Positions 8,540 to 17,583 of a stretch of DNA of 64,000 bases are shown here, piece by piece. Each line of letters opens with the position of its first letter. Positions within the stretch are counted from its first letter, which is position 1. Location of the stretch: the IMG/VR virus record IMGVR_UViG_3300028840_002420, positions 32,001-96,000 of that record, one strand, 5' to 3'. Position numbers and translations under genes: made by a program. The notes beneath the pieces are model-generated. The model made no database searches and had not been told where the DNA came from. It saw only the letters and a program-made list of their open reading frames with translations. This stretch comes from a virus.

Positions 8540-11362
8540 ATGTCCGATAACGTGCACAAGGCGGTCGTCGATGCCATCGCGGAGGAAGACAACGATATCG
8601 GTGGGCAGCTGATCACGCGGCTCCGAGAAGCGACTGAGTTCGGCCGGGATAACGGCTCAGTCTTGGCGTCCGCTCCGACTGTCCTGACAAGCCCTGTAGA
8701 CGTTTTCGTTGCGGGTGATGCTGGAAGGGGCATCGACATCATCGAGCCTATCTCAGGCGTCGCCAGCGGCAACGAGGGCAGCTATATCATCGATACGGTC
8801 ACCGACTCCAAGAACGTGGTGCTGACCAAAATCGATGCTTCGGCTCCATCATTTACCGATCAGGATCCGGTCCGCTGGAGGTTTACCACGATCCGCGTGG
8901 AGACCACGTGGGAGTTTCCCGATAACGATCGGCTGATGCAGTTGTGGATCGGCGACGAGCCGGACGCTTGTCCGTATGCCGAGCTGGACAACTCGCCGGG
9001 CGCTCAAGAGATCCGCGGGCTGGGCGGTCACCGGCTGATCATGGACGGAGTGATCGACAGTGGGGCCACCACGACGTTGACCACGGTTGATGATCGGTTT
9101 ACGTCGGCCGATGTTGGGAAAGCGGCCTGGGTGCTGCCGAAGGACACGGCCAACGGCAACGAGGGTCCGCAGCTGATCACGGCGTTCGTCGACTCTAAAA
9201 ACGTGACTGTGAGTCCGGGAGGCCTGTCTGCGGATGAGACTTCCGCACGGATCGTGATCAAGTCCTACGAGGGCGATGGCTATATGACGGACCGCAGTCC
9301 GCGAGCTGCGCCGCTGTCAAAGTCCTACCATCGGCTGTTGACGGAGGTCATCGACGCAAGCGGCAGCTACAGCGCGTTGGACAGGCTGCGCCGGGCGATG
9401 CTCGTGGACTATGCGACAGAAGAGGAGCTCGATCGCGTCGGCCGTAACCTGGCGGTCATCCGGCCGCGGGGCCTGGACGATGAGCACTTCCGATGCCTGA
9501 TCAAAAACATGGCCTATCTGCCCAAGGCGACCAACTACGGGATAGAGCTGGTGCTCGAGTGCCTGTTTCCAGGGGGCGGTTGGGAGCTGTACGAAGATCT
9601 GGTCAACTTCCCGAACAACGTCTTTATCATCCTGCCTGAGATGGCCGGCGACTCGGAGGTGTACGAAGGTAAGACCTTCTTTTCGCCGAGCGGAAACACG
9701 ACGGCTCCGGCCGTCATTGATCCACCTGGCCGCGGCGGGCGGGAGCAGCAAACTTCCAGTTCCGCAACCTCGGTGACGGTGACGCACGACATTATCACGG
9801 TCGTCGATGTGCTGCTTGCGGACAAAGACGACACGCTGGATATGGACGTGCTGCCCAGTGCGGACACGCCGGCTTGGACGTTCAATGCGGAATCCGCTGG
9901 AGCCGAGGGCAACACGTTCGCGGTCGTCAATATCTCGGGCTCGCACAACGTGCTGCAGCACACGCCGGACACTCCGCCGTCGGCCGCTGGCGGCCATTAC
10001 AGCCGGGTGATCAACGCGATGGATGTTCCGGAAGGCTCGGTTGTCCGCATCGGAAGCTGGTTCCGCAGAACAGCACAGTCGGTGATCAACGGGCGGCCGT
10101 GGATGCTGGCGATCAAGCACAACGGGATCGACAAAGAGGTCTATCTGCGTTGGAGCGATACGGACATCGCGTTGACCAACAGTACCGGATCTATTCCGGC
10201 TGGGGCTCCGGCTGCGGAAACGATCAGCCTTCCGCTTGGGGAGTGGCATTATCTCGAGCTGGCCGTGTGCGTTGCGGAAAAGGGCGATTTCGCTCGAGCG
10301 AAGCTCGACGGCCACGATCTGTTCGGCGCGGTCAATCTGTATCCGTTCAGTTCCGCAACAGCCAACGAATGTGCGTTTGGCTACGAAGATCTGGGCTCCG
10401 GAAACCAAAACTGGACCGTGCAGTGGGATGAGCTGCGGACGTACGTGCGGAATCAGCGGAATCACTTCAATCGGCTGTCCAATGCCGCGTTGACGGGAGG
10501 CGGTTCCGCAAACCTGGTCGATTCGACAGCTCCGTTTGTCGCCGGCGATGCAGGCAAGCTGATCCGAGTCAGCGGTTACGAGCGGGTTGCGGACACGTTC
10601 GTTCACCGCAACAGCGGGATCTGGAAGATCGGCACGTACATCAGCACAACCACGGTGGCGCTCACTGGTGTCCAGCGCGGACCGAACGGAACAGGCGCCG
10701 GCGACGATATCGCCACCCAAGGCGCTACAGTATCCGGGGCCAATGCGGACGTGACTTCCGCAGACCGTCCGGGCTCGGGCGAGGGGGCGATCATCGAGAT
10801 TCCGGAAGGCGATGCTGGGATCTTCCGCAAAGAGGACGGGCCGACTGTGCTGGACAACAGTATCGGCGGCTACAATCCGCTTTCTGGCGGCTCGGGCGAC
10901 GGTAAGACGATCGTCATCAGCAACTCGGGCTCGGGCAACGATGGGGATTTTCCGATCATCGAGGTGCTCGACGATCGGCGGGTCCGGGTAGACGCATCAG
11001 CGCTCGGAGCTGGGGGCTTTACCTCAGAGACCGGGTTGAGCTGGAAGTTCAAAGAGACGCTGTTTGCGGCGACGGTGGGCAACACCGATTACGAGATTAT
11101 CGACAAGGGTAGCTTTGCGGCTAAGGTGTTGACGTTGGGCGACAGCTTGCCGTCCGCAACCGAGGACGTGGAGATCTGGTACACATCGGTGCTGTCCGCA
11201 CAGATCCTCCGCAATGAATTCGTGGTCAACGATGGTTCGGGCGGTTCGGAGCCGAACATCTATTATCCGGCCTACATATTTGACGTGGATCGCGCCACCA
11301 GGCAGATTCTGGACGATATCACCGCAGCGGGCGTGATCCCTGAATACGCACGCGTGTTCTAA
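8540..11362 (+). CDS. Baseplate wedge/tail protein with inserted beta-rich (lectin-like) domains
   Basis: Core AMLVDYATEEELDRVGRNLAVIRPRGLDDEHFRCLIK and terminal ILDDITAAGV are typical of the wedge subunit that follows baseplate J. Confidence 0.75.
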   Translation: MSDNVHKAVVDAIAEEDNDIGGQLITRLREATEFGRDNGSVLASAPTVLTSPVDVFVAGDAGRGIDIIEPISGVASGNEGSYIIDTVTDSKNVVLTKIDASAPSFTDQDPVRWRFTTIRVETTWEFPDNDRLMQLWIGDEPDACPYAELDNSPGAQEIRGLGGHRLIMDGVIDSGATTTLTTVDDRFTSADVGKAAWVLPKDTANGNEGPQLITAFVDSKNVTVSPGGLSADETSARIVIKSYEGDGYMTDRSPRAAPLSKSYHRLLTEVIDASGSYSALDRLRRAMLVDYATEEELDRVGRNLAVIRPRGLDDEHFRCLIKNMAYLPKATNYGIELVLECLFPGGGWELYEDLVNFPNNVFIILPEMAGDSEVYEGKTFFSPSGNTTAPAVIDPPGRGGREQQTSSSATSVTVTHDIITVVDVLLADKDDTLDMDVLPSADTPAWTFNAESAGAEGNTFAVVNISGSHNVLQHTPDTPPSAAGGHYSRVINAMDVPEGSVVRIGSWFRRTAQSVINGRPWMLAIKHNGIDKEVYLRWSDTDIALTNSTGSIPAGAPAAETISLPLGEWHYLELAVCVAEKGDFARAKLDGHDLFGAVNLYPFSSATANECAFGYEDLGSGNQNWTVQWDELRTYVRNQRNHFNRLSNAALTGGGSANLVDSTAPFVAGDAGKLIRVSGYERVADTFVHRNSGIWKIGTYISTTTVALTGVQRGPNGTGAGDDIATQGATVSGANADVTSADRPGSGEGAIIEIPEGDAGIFRKEDGPTVLDNSIGGYNPLSGGSGDGKTIVISNSGSGNDGDFPIIEVLDDRRVRVDASALGAGGFTSETGLSWKFKETLFAATVGNTDYEIIDKGSFAAKVLTLGDSLPSATEDVEIWYTSVLSAQILRNEFVVNDGSGGSEPNIYYPAYIFDVDRATRQILDDITAAGVIPEYARVF

Positions 11363-11372
11363 GGAGCTTCAG

Positions 11373-13004
11373 ATGGACCGACTCAAGATTTACCCGAACG
11401 AGCGCCTTGGTTTGCCAGACGCGGAGGATGCTCTGGGAGGTAAGCTCGTTCTGGACGAGAACATTCGACGTGGCGAGGTCCTGTGGCTACCGACGGGGCG
11501 TACCACGGGGCAGGCAGCCGCTTCGGCTCGTATCTTCGGAGGGTTCGATTTCGCATCGAGTCCGGTGGGCAATGCGACGGCCACGCTCAACGCGGGGACA
11601 GGGATCTTTCCGTATCTCGACGGCAGCGATCTGAAGTTCGGGGTTCTCAACGGCGAGCAGGATCCAGCGAGTCAGATCCTCGATTACAGCTCGGAGCCGG
11701 ATGACACCTACGCGGTCTATGTCCGCGCGGTCTACAATCCCGCGGAAGTCCAAAACCGCGTGTTCTGGAATCCGAGCGGCTCTCCAGCTGCGGAGTACGT
11801 CGACAACATCTCGACGAGGGATGTGGCCACCTGGGAGGTGATCTCGCAGGATGCGGATGCGTCTCCGCCAGGTAACGGCGAGTGGGTGAAGATCTACGAG
11901 ATAACCGTGGTCTCCAACCTCATCACGGCGGTCACCGAATTCCGCCATTTCTTCTTCGAGGGATCGGCGCACGCGACTGATGCCTACGCTCAAGAGTGGG
12001 GGGACGGCGCGAACGATCGAAGCAATGATCGGACGCTGGCTCCGATCACGGACATGCACCGATTCGTGCAGTTCGTGCGGCGCCAATTTTCGGACATGAT
12101 CGACGGAGCGAATCACTGGAAGGATCCATTGAAGCGGCACGCGACGGCTCTGCACGTCGCGGGCAACGCTCAGCATTCCGCAGCTCCGACGAACGCTCGA
12201 AACCTCGTGGTAGACGCAAGCGGTCTGACCTATCCGGTATCGATCGAACAGAACCTGTTCACGGTGGTCGATGGCTGGGGCCGGCGCTGTTACGCTTGGG
12301 AAACCAGCGGCCGGTTGGCACGGCCTCCACGATTCTTTGATGATTTCACGCAATATGGATCGGCGTGGGCTGACCATACAACAGAGCCTTATGGCTACAC
12401 AGCGACACGGACCAACACAGGGGATGTATTCATCGCGCTATCAACAGCGCAGCAGGCTGAAAATGGGTGCGTTCGGCTAACTTGCAATGGAGGGGATACG
12501 GCGGATCTTGTCGGGCCCTATCCAGGGTTTTTCGTAGATCCAGCCAAAGGACGTTGGCGTTTTGCCGCTCGAGCGAAGGTCGATTGGGGCACGATTGGAG
12601 CCACAATATTCCGCATTGGTCTGACTTCCGCAGCGTGGGGTTTGTACTTTGACGTAGATCCGGCGACGTACGGCGATAACGATTGGAGGATCGCTGGTAC
12701 CGATGCAGCTTTGCCAGTCAATACTAGCTTCGGAGTGGATGATACGGGGCCTCCAACGAATTGGTTCCTATTCTATCTGTGGGTGGTCGATGCGACCACG
12801 ATCGGCTGGGCAATTCATATCGAAGACGCTCCGACGTATGAAGCCAAAGGAACAATTACGGTAGCGTCGCTGACAGGCAATGCGAATTCGTTACAATGCC
12901 TTGCGGTCGTTCAATCGAGCAGTGGTATCAGCACGATGAATATCGATTGGTGGGAAATGTGGGGCGACAAAGCATCGGGCATGGGGATCAACGTTCTTCC
13001 GTAG
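11373..13004 (+). CDS. Tail fibre/spike-like structural protein with C-terminal beta-sandwich
   Basis: SD AAGGAG; structural-module position; C-terminal FFDDF...NIDWWEMW lectin-like pattern with lower GC. Confidence 0.65.
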   Translation: MDRLKIYPNERLGLPDAEDALGGKLVLDENIRRGEVLWLPTGRTTGQAAASARIFGGFDFASSPVGNATATLNAGTGIFPYLDGSDLKFGVLNGEQDPASQILDYSSEPDDTYAVYVRAVYNPAEVQNRVFWNPSGSPAAEYVDNISTRDVATWEVISQDADASPPGNGEWVKIYEITVVSNLITAVTEFRHFFFEGSAHATDAYAQEWGDGANDRSNDRTLAPITDMHRFVQFVRRQFSDMIDGANHWKDPLKRHATALHVAGNAQHSAAPTNARNLVVDASGLTYPVSIEQNLFTVVDGWGRRCYAWETSGRLARPPRFFDDFTQYGSAWADHTTEPYGYTATRTNTGDVFIALSTAQQAENGCVRLTCNGGDTADLVGPYPGFFVDPAKGRWRFAARAKVDWGTIGATIFRIGLTSAAWGLYFDVDPATYGDNDWRIAGTDAALPVNTSFGVDDTGPPTNWFLFYLWVVDATTIGWAIHIEDAPTYEAKGTITVASLTGNANSLQCLAVVQSSSGISTMNIDWWEMWGDKASGMGINVLP

Positions 13005-13013
13005 GAGAGTTCG

Positions 13014-13460
13014 ATGGACAGCAAAAATATGACCAAAGTGGGGGATGTCGGAAATTTCGGGGTCCTGATTGACGGGCCTTCTCGCGACTTCATCATCGCG
13101 TTGGAGACAGATTTGGGGACTGTCGCGGGGGCGTTGAGCCCGGAAGATGCACTGCGGCTCGGAATTCTCCTGATCCGTGAGACCGGAAAAAGGCGTATAT
13201 TCCATCCGAACGCTCAAGAAAAGCCGGCAATGACCAGGCCACAGCCTGGAAAGGAGAAGACCGATGCGAGCAATCTTGACGACCACAGTGGTGCTGCTGA
13301 TCCTGACAGCGCTGGCGATGGGGCCGACCCTCGCACAGAACGACGCGAGCCCGAATCCAGTAGACCAATCGATCTCAGTGAAGGACTCGGGGGCGGCAAC
13401 GGACGCGAAGCCAGCTGGAGACCCCCCGTTACCGCCGAAGGATCTCAAGGGGGCGGCTGA
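13014..13460 (+). CDS. Hypothetical protein; 3' 197 nt overlap the next gene
   Basis: SD AGGAG; protein-like N-terminal ~65 aa. Confidence 0.5.
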   Translation: MDSKNMTKVGDVGNFGVLIDGPSRDFIIALETDLGTVAGALSPEDALRLGILLIRETGKRRIFHPNAQEKPAMTRPQPGKEKTDASNLDDHSGAADPDSAGDGADPRTERREPESSRPIDLSEGLGGGNGREASWRPPVTAEGSQGGG

Positions 13461-13773
13461 GCAGGCCAAAGCCGCGATTGCCGCAGCCAAAGAAGGCCGG
13501 TGGTGGTATTTCTCTGCGTTGATCGTGATGCTGGTGATGTTCCTGCTCAAGTTCGCCGGGACGAAGATCGGATCGTGGTGGCCGAAGCTCGGAAGGTGGC
13601 GCTACGTCATTGCACCTGTGCTATCTCTGGCGGGCGCGCTACTGGCGGCTTTCCAGGGAGGGGTGAGTATCGACACGGCGATCACGGTGTTCACCAGCTC
13701 GTACGCAACGCCAGCGTTACAGGAATTGTACGAGCATGGGATCCTCGGTAAGCCGCACAGCGGCGGCGGCTGA
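13264..13773 (+). CDS. Membrane protein, holin-like
   Basis: SD AAGGAG; signal-like N-terminus plus 2-3 hydrophobic helices; upstream of the spanin pair. Confidence 0.6.
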   Translation: MRAILTTTVVLLILTALAMGPTLAQNDASPNPVDQSISVKDSGAATDAKPAGDPPLPPKDLKGAAEQAKAAIAAAKEGRWWYFSALIVMLVMFLLKFAGTKIGSWWPKLGRWRYVIAPVLSLAGALLAAFQGGVSIDTAITVFTSSYATPALQELYEHGILGKPHSGGG

Positions 13774-14297
13774 TGGGCTCTGAGGATGTGACACCCGTCG
13801 AGGTTCCGCAGCCGTCTGAGAGGCCTCCAGCTCCTCCTAAAAACGGCCGCTGGAAACACTGGGGCGCCAAGGTTACCAAGCTGGTTGCGGCGGCTGCTAC
13901 GGCGGCTGCTGCAGCCTACGGGGCCACCAAGCCGGAAGCCGAAGGCCAGCGGGCGCAGATCCAGGTTGAGGCGAGCTATCGTGAGCTGACGCAGCAGGTC
14001 GCGCGGCTGCAGCGGTGGGCTCGAGCCAATCGGGACCGGGCCAAGGCTGCGGAAGCCGCTTGCCGGGCGGAAGTGGCCTCGCTGCAGGCCTTCACCAGCG
14101 GGTTCCTTCTGGGGCAAGCTGGCGGCCGTAGGAGCGCTCGAGCGAGCCGGGGTAGTAACGGCGGTCCGGAGGCTGTTGAAGCGCTGGTCAAGGCTCTGCG
14201 GGCTCAGCAGAAGGCAGCAGCGGCCAAGGTGTCGCGGACCAAGCTGCCGCGGCTCAAGCCGTCCGCGAAGAACGTTAAACAACTTCTCGACAAGTAG
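13773..14297 (+). CDS. Basic coiled-coil protein with Ala-rich hydrophobic segment (lysis cluster)
   Basis: TGATG coupling. Confidence 0.6.
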   Translation: MGSEDVTPVEVPQPSERPPAPPKNGRWKHWGAKVTKLVAAAATAAAAAYGATKPEAEGQRAQIQVEASYRELTQQVARLQRWARANRDRAKAAEAACRAEVASLQAFTSGFLLGQAGGRRSARASRGSNGGPEAVEALVKALRAQQKAAAAKVSRTKLPRLKPSAKNVKQLLDK

Positions 14298-14306
14298 AGG
14301 TATTTC

Positions 14307-14627
14307 ATGGGCATTGCGATATCCGCGGGTGCCGGGCTTCTGCTCGGGCTCGGTCTGTTGATTTGGGGTCTGAGAGAGCGCAGTAAGCGCCACGCGGCCG
14401 AGCGGGCTGTTGACGCGGCTGAAAGGCTGAGAGATCAGGCAGTTGAAACGGCGAATCACAATGCGGTACACGCTGCGGAGATGGAAGATTACGCCGGCCG
14501 GTTGAACAAAGCGGTCGAGCTCCATCGGACGCGGCTCGCGGAAGTTCGAGAGCTGCTCGCCAAACACGCCTCGATCAAGACCATTCGCGAGCTGCTTGCT
14601 ACGGAGGGGGAGGAGGAAGAGATATGA
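14307..14627 (+). CDS. Putative inner-membrane spanin (Rz-like)
   Basis: Single N-terminal TM helix followed by coiled coil; overlaps the lipoprotein gene. Confidence 0.65.
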   Translation: MGIAISAGAGLLLGLGLLIWGLRERSKRHAAERAVDAAERLRDQAVETANHNAVHAAEMEDYAGRLNKAVELHRTRLAEVRELLAKHASIKTIRELLATEGEEEEI

Positions 14628-14962
14628 AAGCTAGTATTTTTGTACTAGTAGCACTGCTATCTGGCTGCTGCTGGCTGTCAAAGCGGAGCTGCTTTCCGAA
14701 GTGCCCACCACAGCTGGCCGCGGAGGTGGTCAAGATCGAAAAGCCGTGCGAGCTGCCGCGGCTGAAGCTACCCGCGTTCAAGGAAACGGTGGAAGGCTGC
14801 CCGGAAGACCGGGTGTGCTTTGATCGGGCCAATTCCGGGGCGCTCTATACGCGGTTGGCGCGGCTGAAGGACTTCGCCAAGATAGCTCGAACGCGCTGTG
14901 CAAAGCCGTTACCCACAAGCCAGCCGGCCAGCAAACCTGCGACATCACAGCCGACGCAGTAA
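14624..14962 (+). CDS. Putative outer-membrane spanin lipoprotein (Rz1-like)
   Basis: Lipobox LLSG-C; Pro/Cys-rich; ATGA overlap with the Rz-like gene. Confidence 0.7.
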   Translation: MKASIFVLVALLSGCCWLSKRSCFPKCPPQLAAEVVKIEKPCELPRLKLPAFKETVEGCPEDRVCFDRANSGALYTRLARLKDFAKIARTRCAKPLPTSQPASKPATSQPTQ

Positions 14963-15256
14963 CGGTCCCCAGGCTGTCCCCAGCTGTGGATAGAATGGCG
15001 GTACGCAGCAAGCTATACGCGCCTATACGCGGTCTATCTGCGGCTGGTTGTCACGTCTTTGGGTGTGCCGCTGCGGCTACACTCGAACGCCCGTGATTTT
15101 GGGGTGTTCGGCGCGCGTGACAGGGCCGCTGCGGTTTGGGTGTCACGGTTCCGCGTATAGAGAGTAGGAGCACGCTGCGGGTGCGGCTACCGAGGCAATC
15201 CCAAGGTAGGCCACAAACCATGCCCCAGATGGCCGCTGGAGTGGCGTGCTCCGCTA

Positions 15257-15285
15257 TTGACATCCGAGGTCAATCCGATCATGGT
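15257..15285 (+). promoter_or_regulatory. Sigma70-type promoter upstream of the tRNA cluster
   Basis: TTGACA-17 nt-CATGGT; the -10 is weak. Confidence 0.45.
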
Positions 15286-15371
15286 GGTGGGCATGAGATC
15301 GCGAATTCGACGACTCTTGTATCTCCTGCGCTAGCTGCCCGGTCGGGGCGGCCAGAATCCATGTACAATTT

Positions 15372-15445
15372 GCTGCGGTAGGCTAATTGGCAAAGCCAAC
15401 AGGTTTAGGCCCTGTGTACTGAGGGTTCGAGTCCCTCCCGCAGTA
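15372..15445 (+). tRNA. tRNA-Leu(TAG), short variable loop
   Basis: Acceptor GCTGCGG/CCGCAGT; anticodon arm ACAGG-TTTAGGC-CCTGT; T arm GAGGG-TTCGAGT-CCCTC; A73; no CCA. Confidence 0.88.
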
Positions 15446-15447
15446 AA

Positions 15448-15532
15448 GGGAGTGTGCGCGAATGGCTAAGCGTCCCGACTGTAAATCGGTGGACGGCTCA
15501 GATCCGTGGAGGTTCGAATCCTTCCGCTCCCA
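15448..15532 (+). tRNA. tRNA-Tyr(GTA)
   Basis: Acceptor GGGAGTG/CGCTCCC; loop CTGTAAA; long variable arm; T arm GGAGG-TTCGAAT-CCTTC. Confidence 0.92.
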
Positions 15533-15534
15533 AA

Positions 15535-15609
15535 GGCTGGGTAGCCCAACTGGAAGATGGCTACGGCTTCAAACGCCGTGAGATGAGGGTTCGAATCCCT
15601 CCCCAGCTA
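15535..15609 (+). tRNA. tRNA-Leu(CAA), short variable loop
   Basis: Acceptor GGCTGGG/CCCAGCT; ACGGC-TTCAAAC-GCCGT; T arm GAGGG-TTCGAAT-CCCTC. Confidence 0.85.
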
Positions 15610-15682
15610 GAGCCCGTAGGCTAACAGGAAACGCCGGCCGGCTTAAACCCGGTGGTTCTGGGTTCGACTCCCAGCGGGCTTA
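15610..15682 (+). tRNA. tRNA-Leu(TAA), short variable loop
   Basis: Acceptor GAGCCCG/CGGGCTT; GCCGG-CTTAAAC-CCGGT; T arm CTGGG-TTCGACT-CCCAG. Confidence 0.88.
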
Positions 15683-16258
15683 TCCAGTGAAGGTGGCGAA
15701 GTCCGTATCGACAGTCACGCCAAGGATCGGCCGCTTGCCGTTGTCCTGAGCTTCGTCGACCGTGGTATCGCCGGTGCGGTCCAGCGTGCACTCGCCGATT
15801 TTGATCCATTCGTTGCCGGCGCCGACGGCCGTCTGGATCTCGGTATCGGTCGGGGCGACTTCGCTGCCGGTGAGCGCGGGGGTGCCTTTTACGATGACCT
15901 GGGACACAGTGCCGGCGACGTTTTTCAGCACGATGGCAGCTTTGCAGCTGTTGCCGTCCGCAAGGCCTGTGAGGAATGATCCGCTGTGGATCGCCACATC
16001 GGCTTGAGCTGCGGATTCGAACGCGACCCCATTGACGATGGCGGCGAGCGCTTCGATGTCCACATTCCACGTGGTGTTACCCGTACCGGTGAGCTGGCTG
16101 CTGCCCGTGGTCGGGTCTTTGAGAAGCCCCCCAGCTAGGATCTTGTTGGCCTCGTGGGTTTTGATCTGGTTGAAGTACTTCGCGACGGCGTGAGTCTGGT
16201 GAGCGAGATCGCTCGGGTCCAGATCGACATCGGTCGGGGTTGCGCTTCGTCCGCTCAT
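15680..16258 (-). CDS. Hypothetical protein with virion-structural-like composition (192 aa)
   Basis: SD GGAGG; Thr/Gly/Ala/Val-rich; codon usage consistent with a real gene. Confidence 0.75.
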   Translation of the reverse strand: MSGRSATPTDVDLDPSDLAHQTHAVAKYFNQIKTHEANKILAGGLLKDPTTGSSQLTGTGNTTWNVDIEALAAIVNGVAFESAAQADVAIHSGSFLTGLADGNSCKAAIVLKNVAGTVSQVIVKGTPALTGSEVAPTDTEIQTAVGAGNEWIKIGECTLDRTGDTTVDEAQDNGKRPILGVTVDTDFATFTG

Positions 16259-16306
16259 TAGAATCCTCCGTGTGTTGGAATGCGAGCAGAAAGGTACTAG
16301 GCGTGG

Positions 16307-16337
16307 ACCTTGACTGTCCAGCTTTGCCGGTCAAGAT
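16307..16337. promoter_or_regulatory. Candidate symmetric bidirectional promoter
   Basis: Plus strand TTGACT-16-CAAGAT and minus strand TTGACC-16-CAAGGT share the CTTGAC/GTCAAG inverted repeat between divergent genes. Confidence 0.45.
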
Positions 16338-16343
16338 GGCTGA

Positions 16344-16595
16344 ATGCAGATCGAACAGCAGATGACAGAGACGGTGAATTGGCGGAGCTTGCTCGCGAAA
16401 GCAAAGGCCGTTCAGGCTCGATACGAGGGCGGATTGTCAATGAGCGCGGCGATGATGGCGTTGCAGCGGGGGGATATCGTGGGCCACGCGTTGAACCTTC
16501 ACGCGAGCTTGCTGCACTATCAGGCGGCGGCGAAGTTCGAGGAGTGTGCTGCGGTACCCAGTGCCCGGAGCCGGCCGGCCGAAACAGCGAGCTGA
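16344..16595 (+). CDS. Hypothetical protein, possibly leaderless
   Basis: ATG lies 7 nt after the candidate -10; helical composition. Confidence 0.5.
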   Translation: MQIEQQMTETVNWRSLLAKAKAVQARYEGGLSMSAAMMALQRGDIVGHALNLHASLLHYQAAAKFEECAAVPSARSRPAETAS

Positions 16596-16661
16596 ACGCC
16601 TATCAAGCCGGCCAGTCTCCGAGCCGCGATCAGCTACCCGCCCTGGGCACGCGGGTCCTTT

Positions 16662-16901
16662 CTATCCTCCGTCTCCGGAGTCGATTGCGGAATCATCATC
16701 GGTTGCGGAATCGGGACTACTGTCCGCACTTGCGGAATCCCCAGTAGCGGTGTCCGCACTGGTGTCGGCAGACGCTTCGGGTCCTGCTTCAACGGCTGTG
16801 GTTTCGGCGGCAGCATCTGCGGGTCCTTCGGGATCGTCTGTCGGACATGCTGACAGCCCGAAGGCACAAAGCAACAGCAGAACGGTCAGATAGAAGCGCA
16901 T
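16662..16901 (-). CDS. Small acidic disordered lipoprotein
   Basis: SD AGGAG; signal peptide with lipobox LSA-C; D/S/A/T-rich mature part. Confidence 0.7.
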   Translation of the reverse strand: MRFYLTVLLLLCAFGLSACPTDDPEGPADAAAETTAVEAGPEASADTSADTATGDSASADSSPDSATDDDSAIDSGDGG

Positions 16902-16932
16902 CCTTGACTCCTATTGGCAGCCAGGCGATAAG

Positions 16933-16968
16933 AAAAAGCCCCAGCACCGGGCTGAATCGATGCTGGGG
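16933..16968 (-). terminator. Intrinsic terminator-like hairpin on the minus strand
   Basis: CCCCAGCA/TGCTGGGG stem; the adjacent A5 on plus is a U-tract on minus. Confidence 0.5.
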
Positions 16969-17007
16969 TGAGGAAGGCGTTCCCATCGGCGGAAAGGAAG
17001 CAACCTG

Positions 17008-17583
17008 ATGAGCCAATCTGACAGTTCTCGCTCTCCAAAGTCAACCCCCGTCATCCAATACTCTGCCGAAGTTCAGAAAGTCATTGATCTTACAGTCGAG
17101 CGGAATCAGCGCCGAGCTGCGGAAAAGGCGGAACGTCGGCGGAAATGGGGGCGGCGCCAATCCTATCCGCACATGGCTTTCCAGGAGTGGAAGCGGCAGT
17201 TTGACGGCCTCCACTTGATCGACATTCTGGCGAGGCTGGGCAATCAACAGCCAAGTGATGACCCGTACAACTTCAAAACGGGGGGTGTCGGGCTGACCGT
17301 CAGGGAGCATCGGGTGATGCTGGCGGCGATCTCGTGGCACATGCGTCCGCAAGCGGGAAGGGGGGCACTCAATTCCGCAAAGCTGGCCCGAAAGACCGCG
17401 ATCTCTCCAAAGAAGATTCCGCAAGTCGTCAATGCGCTGGGCGAAGCCGGGCTGATCGTCAACCTAGCCGGTGATTCGGCGCCGAATTTGGCCCCCAATC
17501 CGATCTTGGGTTTTTGGGATCTTCGGAAATTAAAGGAGCTGCGGAAGGTCCGAACGGGCGCCGGGTCGCTGTGGAAACCATAG
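17008..17583 (+). CDS. Winged-HTH DNA-binding protein, possible replication initiator
   Basis: LTVREHRVMLAA...SAKLARKTAISPKKIPQVVNALGEAGLI; immediately followed by iteron-like repeats. Confidence 0.6.
   Translation: MSQSDSSRSPKSTPVIQYSAEVQKVIDLTVERNQRRAAEKAERRRKWGRRQSYPHMAFQEWKRQFDGLHLIDILARLGNQQPSDDPYNFKTGGVGLTVREHRVMLAAISWHMRPQAGRGALNSAKLARKTAISPKKIPQVVNALGEAGLIVNLAGDSAPNLAPNPILGFWDLRKLKELRKVRTGAGSLWKP

Noticed and set aside
4266-13004. Diversity-generating retroelement or invertible tail-fibre cassette
   Set aside because: No reverse transcriptase, invertase, or TR/VR nucleotide repeat pair was visible.
1-13004. Tailocin, eCIS or T6SS locus rather than a phage
   Set aside because: The genes are contiguous with a full phage replication module, tRNAs and accessory genes.
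15372-15682. Suppressor tRNAs or a recoded genetic code (loops contain TAG, TCA, TTA/TAA)
   Set aside because: Stem pairing centres the anticodons on TAG, CAA and TAA, which are all Leu. Genes end normally at TAA, TAG and TGA with coupled downstream starts.
15372-15700. Prophage attachment site at the tRNAs
   Set aside because: No integrase and no duplicated tRNA 3' end in the window; phage-like genes continue on both sides.
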